In this document: piece by piece, positions 13,301-26,012 of the stretch
Layout: each line of letters begins with the position of its first letter
How positions within the stretch are numbered: the stretch's first letter is position 1
From: Acanthaster planci
Lineage: Eukaryota
Assembly (NCBI RefSeq): GCF_001949145.1
Contig: NW_019091362.1
Coordinates: forward strand, 1,495,838 to 1,559,837
Length of the DNA stretch: 64,000 nt
Reading direction: 5' to 3'
Position numbers and translations under genes: made by a program
The notes under the pieces: model-generated
Databases searched by the model: none
Seen by the model: the letters and a program-made list of their open reading frames with translations, nothing else
Told to the model about the DNA's origin: nothing

Positions 13301-16300
13301 AGATTGGATTTTGGTGCAGTTGGCGCAGGGTTGAAATTTTTCAAGTGTAAACTGCTGCCTTTTTTTTTAACCCTGCCTCAGCCCTGCGTCCATCCTGCAA
13401 TTTGTGTAGTGTGAAGAGGCTACCAATTTAATGAACATTATCAGGAAAAGGGTCTACAACCTCACTGAAGTGCGTCGGATCTCCCCGGCACACATGCCTT
13501 TTGTTCTGATTCATCTCCTTTTCTACAGTGTATGGTATTGTACCATTCATGCACCGTACTGTGAAGCTGCATGGCAAAATTGCAAGATGTGAATTCATCC
13601 TTGGTCTCTTGGTCGGCTGCAAAGCTGCATTTTACCATTCTCTGTCAGCTTTGCAATTACTATGGTAGACACCTTTGCAGGAGTTGATCTGACCCACCTG
13701 TGTTCAGCGTTGTTTTGCCATGTTATGTCACAGCAGAGTGACCACAGAGAAAAATCTGGCCGTGTACTTCTCCAGCCAGTTGAGTTTTTTTTTATGACTG
13801 GGTCAGTGGCATCACCGCTCTCCTCCCTGCTTGAGGCCTGTGCACTCCCTCCTCTCCCCCTCCCCCCCTCCCGCCTGGCACTAGATTGTCCACCTTGGTC
13901 AGTGTGGTCCAGTGGAAATGCTGCCACCACTTGGTCGAAAACAAAATGAACATGTACTTTGTCAAATGAGCTAAATGACTCAAACAGTACAATCAGTCTT
14001 ACATATTTGGTAGAGTAGTACATGTACATATATATCACAAAAATTACTGCATTGTACTTGTACATGGTGACCATGGGTACATTGCACATTTATACGTAAA
14101 AGTGAATTATATTGTACATTTAAGTTAAGGAATTGGGGTTTCAGTGCTGGACATTGACAGAACATGTTGCGGGACTTGTAATCCTGAAGTACAGCAGAGC
14201 AGCGGCCGGCAATGCCAAAGTTCTTATTCTGATTTCTTTCCTGTTACATACATGTACAAACACCCGGTAATGAGTGTTTTTGAGTGCAGTGGTAAGAGAT
14301 GACAGAGGAAATTTTTGATTCCATGAGGCGAAGCCGAGTGGAGTGGAACATATCGCCTGTAACTGAACGAAATTATTTTTACCATTTCGCAAATGTGAAC
14401 CATTCAGAATTTGTTTTATTCAATACATGTACCTCTTTTGTTAGGAGGACAAGTACGTACATGTTACATGTAACATTCGCCATTTTGCAAATCAGCTTTG
14501 TGTCGGAAACACTACCACTACCCACTGGTGGTAGAACCGTGTAATATTAGGCTATTTTCTGTCCCTGTGTACATGTACATGTACCGGATGGGAACTAGTC
14601 AAGTGAAATGAAGTTCTATTCAATGAGTACCATTGGTAACTCACTGACATGTGATCAATGATCAACCAATCAGATGGCAGAGCTTTATGCAAATATATCG
14701 TATAAAATACATGTACTGTGTAGCATAGTACTTGTATGTCACTGAGTGGGGAGTTTGCCGAATGCCTCAAACTGCATCAGAAATATTTTGCTTGTTTTTT
14801 GATTTTGCCATTTCTGCCCCACCCCTTGCTCAAACACTGGCCTTGACACGTGGCCAGGTACATGTACATGTAGATGTATGTGCTCATCAGCAAGCTTGTG
14901 TCTGGTGCTAATCCAACAAGATACCGATACATGTACATGTATACACACATGTAGTCCATGTCATGTATGTTCTACAAATACAGGTAGTTTTTATCTAGTG
15001 TAGTGTAAAATTTTATTGCATTTGCCAATGTTCCATGTACATACATGTACCGGTACATGTGCATCATTTACATACATGTACATAATTAAATGGTCTGTTG
15101 GTCTATAGACCAACATTACATGTTCTCGGATATTAAATGTGTACATTTACATGTATGCCTACCGGTTCCTAGACTTGTACTTCACACGAACATACCGGTA
15201 GGTGTTATTTGCTTATGAACTTTATTGTACCAGGTACATGTGTACATTTGTGTAAACTGTGAAGAGGGAAAAATGATGCATGTAGGTTTTCACTGTATTT
15301 CATTTATTGTAGAAGATTTAGGCATTATAATATTTTAATTTGGTGTTAGGTGTGTATGGTGTTAGGTGTGTATGGTGTTGTTGTACCGGTGCATGAAGTA
15401 ACCAAGTTTTTGAATGAGCATGTAGCGGGTACTGTTATGTTTACAGTGCACTTGTTCTGAAGCTCAATCTTAAAGTACCGTATACCAGTATGTGTACATT
15501 GTAGCCATGAAACTCCATGCTCCTTCTAGTGCATAAAATTTATGATAGCGCCTATTGGTATACATGTATGTGGTATAATTTACATAAATTCATGTACATG
15601 TATGTATGTCACCGTTTGTTTCATTTTATTTCACCTCCATATTCAAAGAACGTGGAGTTTCAGAAATCTCACTTGATGTACTATACATGTATCAGTACCT
15701 ACATGCACGTACATGTACAGTACATAAAATTTACATGTATCGTACATGTACTGGTACGTTGTACACTGTACGTGCACCCATTTACATTCCACTTAGACTA
15801 GTGCTGCAGGAACATGCATATTCACTTGACTTAACACTTGAGGTACATGAATGGTATGCTGTCCCGGTAGGCCTATCGCACACTCTAGACTACTGGTATG
15901 TTCACGTACCCTTTTCTTGTTCCTCTTTCTGGACTCTACTGAACTGTGTTTACGTCATTGATGGTAGAAATTGAAAAGCATTTATGTGCATAGTCCACAT
16001 CAGTTGCATTACTGATATACGTGTACTTGTACTAGTGTGTACAAGAAGTAAGACATATTCCATTGACAGGGACCTGACACAGGTTTGACCAGTGCAGCTG
16101 ACAGTTGGTCCCATGCACCATTTGCGGCACTGTAGGTATAACTAGTGCATGCATGTACCAGTAACATGATTCTAATTTACTCTCAAGGATACATGTACAT
16201 GTTCCATACATGCTGTACATGCACATATGGATCTTTCAGCATCAGCTTATTGTCAAAAGCCCTGACCAGCCTTGACATGGACTGTTTGGCAGTAGATGCA

Positions 16301-16437
16301 TGTGTGTACATGTACATGTGCAACACCTCAGAACAGTTTCTTCAATGTATTGGTCTGTCCATGTACAACACCTGAATGAATTTGTCATCTGACTGATTGG
16401 TCAAGTTATTGGCTTATTTGGTATATTCAACAGTGTG

Positions 16438-18112
16438 CAGGCCTTGCACTAACTTTTTTTCCTGGCTAGCCCACTGGGCTAGTTCAATGGATATTTTACT
16501 AGCCTGTATATAAAAAAATGTTGAAAACCCCAAATTTGTTATCAGCTGACCAATGCAGAATTTGACATTTCGGAAAATAAAAGGCTGATGGTATAAATAA
16601 ATAAAGAGGCATGTATGTTAGAAGTCGCAGGAGTCACTGGTCATGGAGTTGGGATCTCTTTGCTCCATTTTTCCTTTCATTTGGGTTGCTTACGTTTGGC
16701 AAAAAATGCTACTTTTTGCTTACTTTCTGACCTCCGCATGTGCGCGGTGAACGAGAAAAAACTTTTTCCAATCAGAAGAGAGTGCTGTTTGCACACGGCT
16801 TTGTGTATACTTCGTATCAAACGCTTTCAAGGACTCCTGCAATGTCCAGTATAGCAAGCTGTGGTCAGTAAAGGTCAGAAAAATTGATAAGGCCCCCCCA
16901 AAAAACTTCTGTTTTAGGTTTCCTGACCGACCCTAACTTTTCGGCACGACCCTAACATTTTTATCGGCAGGTTAGAAAAACAAATTTACAAAATTAAAAA
17001 AAAATTTAATGCTGATGTCTTTCCTGCCTTCACAAAACACCTTTCAATAACCCTCTCTCATGTTAAAATGCTTGTTTTTATATGTTTTCCTACTTCATTT
17101 GCAGTTGTTGAAAAGAAACTTCTGTCATTTTCACAAGTTCCACTCGTGTTTCGCTGTCGCCGTAGTGAAATTTTGTGCGCGCAAAGCTCAACGCATGAAA
17201 GTAAAGCTGCGTTGGTTCCCACCACGCCGCGCCCATGCAAAAGAACGTGAGATGGAAGAGTGCTAATCAGTCTTTACGTCCTGGTCGCGAGTCGATTAAA
17301 ACTACATTGGTGTCATACACGCATGCATCCATACAGCTGCAGGTCGAAAAAACAATGTTGCAAGAGGATTTCTTCAAGTTAATTCACAGAACTTGGTCTC
17401 TTGTTTATTTATTTTCTGTGCTCACATGTTCCTGCCATAGCACGTGGTTTATCGCCTGTCTGCATGCATCATGTACGCTTACCACGCGATACACGAGCAT
17501 TGCTGTCCAGTTTGCCGTCGTGATTACCTGACTAACATTGTGTGATTGTTCCATAATTCTTGTGATCTGTCAACTTCAGAAATTTTACATATACATATAT
17601 CAAGACATGTTTTTATCACTGTTTGAGACAATATTTGAAAGCTTTCATCCCCATTCAGGCTATTACATCAGTACAAAAAATTGACTAACCAAAATTCTGA
17701 CCTACTGATACTATTTTCAAGAGGCATGTAGTCAGAAGCAGAAGTGGCCTTAACAGTGAAAGAGAATAGTGCGCAGGTGCGGTATCACGCCGTACCATGT
17801 GCTATGCTACACCAGTACTACAACCCACCAGTCTACTCTGTTCATGGTGTTTACGGTGGCTTATCGCCCTGTCGCGCGACCATCATGTTTCAAAAACACA
17901 AGTAAAAACACATCTACAACAGCTCAGTTTTTGTGATGTTGTGTTTATTATCACGAAGAACATTATATATTTTGATCTAAGTTTTAACAGGTACAGTAGG
18001 CTTATTCTGAATTTTTCACTAGCCCACCGGGCAACCAAGGAACCAAGTTTAGGTAGCCTAGAGCATTTTTCGCTAGAATTTGTACGCCGGGCTAGTACTG
18101 TTTCGAGGCCTG
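16438..18112. mobile_element. Non-autonomous DNA transposon, CAGGCCT...AGGCCTG termini, 5-bp TSD GTGTG (hAT-like), hosting a nested element
   Basis: GTGTG|CAGGCCTTGCA ... TTCGAGGCCTG|GTGTG; subterminal CTAGCCC/GGGCTAG repeats at both ends. Confidence 0.65.
16891..17749. mobile_element. Nested element, GGCC...GGCC termini, ATAA/TTAA flanks (Kolobok-like)
   Basis: ataa|GGCC...GGCC|ttaa; CCGACCCTAAC-type subterminal motifs; internal 17280-17420 resembles 4400-4545. Confidence 0.45.
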
Positions 18113-18963
18113 GTGTGACATTGAAATATACCCAATAAATATTCTGTTGTAGTGTGCAGGCCTGCTAGGAACAGTCCCAACACAGGTGAAAAACACTGTA
18201 TCAAGTGCGGGGAAGGCACACTTGTGGCCAGATCAAACAGACACAATTTCAGTCAGGGCTTGGAATGTGAAAACTTTAATCACTGTTTTACGAGTACCTT
18301 TTTGTACACCGAGTTGAGAAAGTAACAGCAGCTACTCATACACAGAGGATTTGCGAAACAAAAAAATGAATGATTAACATTCACCTCATGGAATAGAACA
18401 TTCAGTCTGCCACCTCATGCAGTTATCCTTACCATTTGGATTTATTGCATGTGATGAACTAAGTGACACAGGGACAGCAGGTGAGTTCATTTGAATGTGG
18501 AGCAGAGTGAAACATAACCTGCGACAGCAGCTCCATTTTCTAGCAGTCTGGTGGACCCATTTGAATTTCATGTTCCAGTTTGGATGGGGAGTATTGTTTC
18601 TGACATGTACGTACATCAATATTGGAGACAAAATGTCTGGTTTTATTTTCACTTAAAATTGAATTGACCTTGGACGGTCGTTCCTAAGATTCTATCCAGG
18701 GCCCCCCCCATTTTGTTTATCTTGAGTTTGTCTTGATACCGCTCTTCGCCAATTAGTTATTCTTTTGTAACAGTGACAAGTACACCACCAGCTCAAGAAC
18801 TTCCCAATCTAGTGTTGCAGGACTGTTCAGAACCATTATCCATCCCTCAAATGATGTTTCATGGTTGGGAAAATTGATCAGACAGAGGTCTGAATGTTGA
18901 AATCACTGTATTGCATGTTCTGGTGCTTCCGTGTTCACATACTCTGTCTTTTTTTTTTGGCAG

Positions 18964-19100
18964 CAATTGACAGCTCTACTGACATAGTGGGCCGAAAGTG
19001 TGCATGTAACGACAAACCATGCCTTGAGACTAACAACACCTGTGTCCTACAAAACCCAGATGCCCTGTGCATTGCTATGAAGATGCGGAATGAACAGCAG
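18964..19100 (+). CDS. ALK4/5/7: Type I receptor exon 2: N-half of cysteine-rich ectodomain (KCACNDKPCLETNNTCVLQNPDALC)
   Basis: Poly-T...cag acceptor in phase 1, CAG|gttagt donor in phase 0; Cys1-5 of the type I receptor fold. Confidence 0.85.
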
Positions 19101-19307
19101 GTTAGTGAGTCCCTGATTCCTACAACTTACAAATGGAGAGACTGTCCCTGTGGTATTCTGACTCCCTGTAGATTGTACTGTGTACTCTGACAGCTGTCGT
19201 GGCACATGAAGTGGCTTGGCTCTATCTTCTTTACTACAGAGATGGGGTGCAAACATTTTCTGCAATATTTTTACAGTGGCAGTTTTTCATGTGCAAAGCC
19301 TAAGGGG

Positions 19308-19757
19308 TTTATGGCCAGCTGCGAAGCAAGTGCGAGCCTATGTAATACCGATTTCTGTCTTCTGTCCGTCCGTCGGGGCATCCGGCTGTCCACCCGCAAA
19401 TGCTAAAGTTTTTTCCTTGCAGGTCTGTAGGTGTTTAAATGTGCCATTGAGTGCTTGTTTGCTTCTTCTCAAAATTCCATCAGTATTTAAATAGTTTCAT
19501 ATGGCATTAATGCTTAGAAACTTATGAATTAATGAAAAAAATTATAAAAGTTGAATGTCAAAGTTTTGAGTTGTGCCGTCCGCCTTCAAATGTTAAAGTT
19601 TTTCCTTGCAGGTCCACAGGTATTAAAATGTGCCACTGAGTGCTTGTTTTTTTGCTTCTTGGAATGCCATCAGTATTTAAATAGTCTCATATGGCTTAGA
19701 AACTTATGAATTTTATGAAAAAAATTATAAAAGTTGAATGTTAAAGTTTTGAGTTGT
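19308..19757 (+). mobile_element. Putative Helentron-associated (HINE-like) element with a 190-bp internal tandem repeat
   Basis: gcgaagc..gagcctatgt..TGTCCGTCCGTC head, then two diverged copies at 19397-19574 and 19587-19757; family assignment is inference. Confidence 0.5.
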
Positions 19758-21753
19758 TTTGTATACTTGCCCAGTAGTACTTTTCCTACAGTACATATGT
19801 ACTGAGCACTCCTGTAATGTACATGTATGTATGTATGTATAGACAGTGTTCAGACACATACAAATGTACATGTACAGTATGTGGGAAAAATGTAAGGGAT
19901 GGGGGGGATTCCAAGTGACAGATTAGGATGTTTGTTAGGGGAGGGGTACCTGTAGGAGGAGGATCATGGGGACAAGGTACATAGGATGATGGGGGTTGGT
20001 TACAAAGTGCAGAGCTGTACGTGTTCCTGGTACTTTAGAGGAATTTTCATTATGCACCATCCGTCAAACTCACAAATGCACTGCTTATATAATCATCCAG
20101 GTTTTGTCTGACTGTACTAGCTGGACCCACTTTCTATAGGCATTCCTCTCTCCTATAAAGAACTGTGAAGCCTTTGTACCTGTATCTCCCTTGGTGGTGG
20201 TCTTTGTTGATTTACTTTTAAATGACAGACAGCGCTGACTAGAGTACAATGAATTGTAGTGCTAAGTTCGATAAAATAGCTTGCACATCTGTATTTCAGT
20301 CGTATGTCAGCCAACCTTGTTAGTAGTATTTGTTTGATTTAGTAACCATATTTATATAACTTGGATGTCTCCTTCCTGTTATTACAAGAAAGAAATTCAA
20401 ATTCATAGCAAGCAGCGAGCCATGGCGGCTTTGCCATTTTAGTTTAATACAATTTTGTGCTCATTTTGGCACCAATTTTGTGACAGTCAGACATACTGCT
20501 TTTGTACAACATGCATTTTTCCATGACAGGTCAGTCAAAAATCTGTACCTTTTCCATTGTGAGCTCAATGCACACGGACTGACACATTTGAGGTCATGAA
20601 CTTCAAATGATCATAACATCAAAACTATGTGATATTGAATTGAAACCTGACATTGGTACTGATAATAAGTGTGTGTACTGTACATGTACCGTGTACATGT
20701 ACCGGTACATGCATGCTAAGTTTACAAAACTGTGACAGCTGAGGTCACGAGGGAGCAGAATCCATCTCCCCTCGGCCCTTTGGCTGTGAGATGGTTCAAA
20801 ATAATCAGGCCTTTTGAGATTCATCCTGCAGTTTCTTTCAGAATTGACCAATTTCAAAGGATCCGGAAGTGTTGTTTTCTTGGATTTAGCAAGTCGGAGC
20901 CCAGTATGCCATAACGAGCATGTTACATGTACATGTATACATTGGCTTGATACCTTGGAGGAATCTCTTGTTTTCTAACCTCTTGGTTCGTCACCTTTTC
21001 GGATTCTTTATCCAGTCTCTTTATACATTTTTTTTTAAGCTGACTGAAAAAGGAATAAAGATTCAGCCTAACCCTGATCTCCAGTACATGTAGAGATGCA
21101 ATTTAGTCTTTGTAGTAAACTGTAGTATCCAGTGCTCTAGTTGGTTGGCACTATGTACATACACAAATAAAGTAGAACTTTACAGGGTGATGTTACTGTA
21201 CACGGCCAACGCAATATACTCTATAATATTTTGTATATGGTTCTTCCATCCAAATCAGTTTCTCAGGTGGTTAGGGTTAAAGCAGATGTACAAGCACGAC
21301 ATATACATGTACATTTACATGTATACGTGTACATGTATGTACCGGTAGCATAGAGAGTTAATGACTTCAGAAACAAAACGCTCTGTACACTAGTGGCTTG
21401 TTTCATGTAGATCCAGATCGCGAGCAATCAGTGATCAGACATTGGTTTACTGATACCAGAACCCACCTAATGGATAGTGCAAACCAGCTTTGGAATCGCC
21501 AATTGAGATCTAGAGCCATGTGAAACAAGAGGCCCATGTACATGTACATGTATATGCAAGCGTAGATCTTCACGTCCACATCTCCGTGTTTCTGCTTTTA
21601 CTATTATTCATGAGGGATTAATGTTTTGAGTTATGATTGCCAGTGATCTGTAGCTAAAGAGATGTGACCAAGTACTAGTCCACCAGTGTGTGCCAAACTA
21701 TGGATATTTAATCACACACCTTCAGACTCCACCAATTATGCAGTGCCTAACAG

Positions 21754-21873
21754 TTACTGACTGCTGTGATGTGGGGATATACATGTCGTGTTTCAATGCC
21801 TGAGGCGCTCATGAGGAAATGCATCCCTGGGGGTATTAGAGAGCATCATACCCCACATCACAGTAGTCAGTAA
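21754..21873. repeat. Short inverted repeat / mini-MITE
   Basis: TTACTGACTGCTGTGATGTGGGG ... CCCCACATCACAGTAGTCAGTAA (22/23 complementary). Confidence 0.65.
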
Positions 21874-23411
21874 TTGTTTTGTTTCACCCCTTCGTTTAGT
21901 TGAGCAATATGTTTGTCTCTGAAAGCATTTCAGATTTTAGTGCCTTGGTCCATACGATGTGTACAGACTTTGTGCAGCATTTTGTCGCACAGGCCTTGCT
22001 TGAAAGCAATATCTGTACATCATAAAGAGCAATTTTTTTTAAAGAGAATATGTCTTGTCAAGCTCAGCAGACATCAAATTAGAGAACTAACCATACAGGA
22101 AGAAACAGACTTCAATTATTGGATGTACACGTAGAATAACTATATTACAAAGTCAACAAAGCATTCTATCAGCTGATTGTATGCTGGTTCAATCGTCAAC
22201 TGTAGCTGTGGTGAAAGGACATGTACATGTAGCACAGGTACCAGTGAACAGAAAAGTCTGGTTAGTGGCTCCTGCATTGTGACTTGGACTGTGGTGCAGG
22301 GACTAGTCAGTGATATCAAGATGTGACATGCAAAGATATTCGTTTTTAGCCACTGGTCACGTGATCGTTCTAGGCCAGTAAAAATACAGTATTCACGATG
22401 GAGGTATAACAATTTTTGATACTGCTTTGGCGGTGAAGAGCAAGTATTTTGTTTGTTGCCGAATCCAATCTTTAAAAATTTTATTATTCAGTACCTGCCA
22501 GTATTATGCAATATTCAGCCATTTTCGAAGGGACCCTTGGGCTCAAATTGCACAAAGGGCCAGGGAAACTCTTTTGTATGTATTTGCAAACAGAGGGACA
22601 GAGTACACTGTTCGAAACATCGAGTTATTCCCTAGTTCTTCTGAGAACCACACGTGAATGTACTCCAGAAAGAGATTGATACACGGTGTCACCGCAATCG
22701 TTTCACTCGTCTAGTTTCTTTCACCATGAAAATCTTCAAGTCTTACATATTTTTGCCACTTTGTTTTCCTGTTATAGGCGTGAAAAGATATTCAACTTCC
22801 CTTTTTAGTTGGTGCACATCCTTAACATTTACAATTTGCCATGCGTTTTGATTTTGGGATTTCTTTTCAAAGCATGAATCCAGTATTTATTCATTTAAAA
22901 CATTTCCAAAGGAATAATTATCTTTAGTCTACTTTAGTTAATTTTATAAAAAAGCAGAAAGTTAAAAAATTTTGATGCAAGAATACGGATGATGTCGATA
23001 CGGTACACTGTAAATGTTGAAATAGGTTTCCGCTTGAAATGACACCGTACTTTGTCTGTAAAATTGCATAATAAAACTAGGAAACTTTGCAGTAAGCATA
23101 AGCACCCAAAAGGCAATGGGGCACCAAACTGAAAATGGAAAATGAGATTAGGCTAGATGCCACTATGCAAAAGTCACCATTGCATCTGACAGGTCATCAT
23201 TTCAGTGACGAAGTACATGTATACCGTGAAATCCTTGTCGTTTTTCTTACAATTTTTCAGTTTTATTATTTCCACCTCGTGGCAAAATAGAGGTACTAGC
23301 AATGTATGAGATAATAGGCCACTAGAGGTGGCAAAATCTTGAAAGCAGACTTAGCAAAGCGTACCGGTATGATTCATGATGCTGATGATAAATTTTTTTT
23401 TAACCTGTCAG

Positions 23412-23595
23412 CAAGAGGTTTCCTTGCTGATGTGTGAGGAGGACCCCAAGGGGCCACCAGAGAGGCGTTTCCCCTGTCAGAACCCCGAGCCCAGCCCCTA
23501 CTACATGTCCAAGTGTTGCGTGGAGCAAGATTACTGCAATCGGGAGCTGATCAAAGACATGCAGCTACTGCCCTTACCTACCTCCCAGCCCACAG
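23412..23595 (+). CDS. ALK4/5/7: Type I receptor exon 3: C-half of ectodomain with Cys box (SKCCVEQDYCN) and P/T-rich stalk
   Basis: cag acceptor in phase 0, G|gtgag donor in phase 1; CCx5CN motif; completes 10 cysteines with exon 2. Confidence 0.9.
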
Positions 23596-24563
23596 GTGAG
23601 AACAGTGCGTGTATTGGTATGGTAGGTGCTTGGGTAAAGGGACCCCAACCTCTCCCCAAAGAGTTTAACCTTTGTTTGTTTGTTGGCACCATAGCGGACC
23701 TCTCCTATCTGCCATTAGCTGAAGTGCGCCCCCAACTCGGTGAAAGAAAGCCAGTTGGTTACAACCGGGTTCTGTGCAAAGACCGTATGTTTCGGACTAA
23801 ATTTGTTGCATGTACTCAGCGTGCTCTGCGTCAAACGCACACAAACTTGCACGCCTACACGGTGAGTTTGTACAAAAAGCATTGTCTATTTCATTGAGAG
23901 ACACGCCCTCTTTTGTTCGGCTTGGAGCGCATAGCCACCCCAAATTGGCCGAAATCCAGTGCTTTGCGGTGCGCAATGTTAAAGGGTTCATTGTGGCAGA
24001 ACCATAGAGCTATTAAACACTAAGGGGCAGACTCATGTCCAAAATGATGCCTGCTGGGCGCATCCATGTTTGTGCAGAAACCTATAAAAACTGGAAATTT
24101 TGTACGGTTTTTGTATGGCTATTTGCATATATGTGTGTTTGTATTCTAAAAGGATGCATCAACAAAGCCCACGCACAAACAGTAAATGAGCGTTTAATTT
24201 TGCTCTGTATAAACAATGGAAGCCTGTGCGTGTATGCGCTGCGGATAATGTTGCCATGCTATTTTTAATCCAATTTTATTGGTACCTGATACGCATTGCA
24301 GAGTACATAACTCGATATTCATTTTAGCCGATTTCAAGTGTTCTACAAGCATGTACGTGGATTTAAAATGTCTCCGAACGGAGGATGAAAAGGTAGCGTT
24401 TTCATAATTTAATATAGCTCGGTCTGTTGAACCTAACCACTGTTACATAACCCGAGGTTTAATGGTCTACTTTGTGGCAAGTGCAGTGCTGGATTTCAGT
24501 GCGTTGGAGAGAGTGTGTTAGAGATTCTGTCTCTAATGGGTGTATGTCTGTTTATGTGTTCAG

Positions 24564-24725
24564 AATTGTGCAACTTGAAGCCAGATTATGGGGACTGTAC
24601 CATGGAAGCTTTCGTGTGGTACTACAATATCAGCCTTAATGACTGCCGGCAATTTGTGTATAGTGGTTGCGGTGGGAATGACAACAAATTCTACAGCAAG
24701 GGTTCCTGTCTTCGCCGCTGCGAAT
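24564..24725 (+). CDS. ALK4/5/7: Type I receptor exon 4 (probable cassette exon): BPTI/Kunitz domain
   Basis: LCNLKPDYGDCTMEAFVWYYNISLNDCRQFVYSGCGGNDNKFYSKGSCLRRCE; Cys spacing 8-15-7-12-3; ctaat branch site, ttcag acceptor, gtgagt donor; 162 nt, phase 1-1, in frame with exons 3 and 5. Confidence 0.8.
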
Positions 24726-26012
24726 GTGAGTGTCTTTTGTTCAGACTCTTTTAACAGATGGTTTTTTTAATAATGATAATGTCACATTCATACGTGGGGT
24801 GGTGATAGCCTACGGTGGTGGTTACAGCTAAGTTTTAAGTTAGGGATTGATTTTTACGGTAATCAAGATACTCCCACTCAAGATCAAGAATTGGCACGAG
24901 GAATTATTCTTGCTGTATATTAGAGTTGATTTATTTCTATTTGAAATCAAGTTGAGAAATCAAAATTTAGGACTGTCCCAATATTGATTTTGGTTGACCA
25001 GTAATGAAAAAGCTTATGCTGTGATAATTGCAAGAACGAAAGTTCTGAGATGATAATGATATTGATACAACTTAAGTTATTCGAATGGCAGAGACAGTAG
25101 GCAAAGGGATAAGCAAGAAGTGCAAAGGGATAAAGGGCACTGTGCAACGTGCTCTGTCTACAGAGTTCAGCTATGTAAAGACCACACAGTGAAACAGTTC
25201 AAAGACATGTTATAGTCGTTAAGTCCAAACATGAAACAGTTGTTACGCTTCATGCATGTGTACAAGTCACATGACCACACTTTCCACAAAACTTTCAAGA
25301 CAATGCGACAAACAAAATCCTCTGGATGACGAGTTTTTGACCCGACTTGGAGCCCACGCTTGGCTCGCATGTACTATGAGGCAAATCTTTCAATGCGAAC
25401 AGGCCAAAACTGTGCATAACGAGGGACAAACGAATGAAACATCGCAAAAAGTTTAGGACAAAAGTTAAGTTCTGACAGATCAAATTCCTGCTGGAGAGAG
25501 GCAGATCGTCATGTACGTCATGGCAAAGTATGTCGTGTAGGCGCACAAAAGTACGCTCATGTCTGGTACAAACGAATGAACTAAAACACGTTGTTGCAGA
25601 CTAATATTAATGAAGATACAGTTAATTTATGATAACGACCATGAACAACCACTGGGTGACTTTACTGAGAAAATACAACAATTTAAATATAATGTTGGGA
25701 CTGTGTTGAGCGAGTAGGAACACTCGAGGTTTGTGAGAAAGCGCTTGGTGTGGAAACCTGAGAGAACCCTAGACTTGCCAAAGTCTGACCACCAGATCAT
25801 TGTGCTAAGGGTAACAATGACCAATGATATAGGCACATGTAAATTTAGATTGCAAATCAATATGTTTTAAGTTGTTTTTGAAGGATGGAACAGTTTCCAG
25901 AGCTCTGATATGGGCAGGTATTGGATTCCACAATATGGGACCGGAAATTGTGAAGGCTTTGTCAGTGAAGCTCTTTTTTAGATATGGGTACTGAAATGAA
26001 AAACATGATTAA

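Noticed and set aside
13595..14089. 164-aa minus-strand ORF in intron 1
   Set aside because: Built from TACATG tracts and a poly-purine run; no domain or exon-like borders
19206..19406. Cys-rich ORF ending ...SLCNTDFCLL, resembling a second Cys-box exon (Babo-like alternative ectodomain exon)
   Set aside because: Lacks CC and the terminal CN, has no fitting splice phases, and overlaps the head of a repeat element
23596..23897. Read-through of exon 3 ORF as a secreted ectodomain isoform
   Set aside because: The extension is repeat-like intron sequence behind a good GTGAG donor; no supporting evidence
25253..25258. TGCATG (Rbfox site) downstream of the Kunitz exon
   Set aside because: The hexamer is common throughout this CATG-rich window, so it is uninformative
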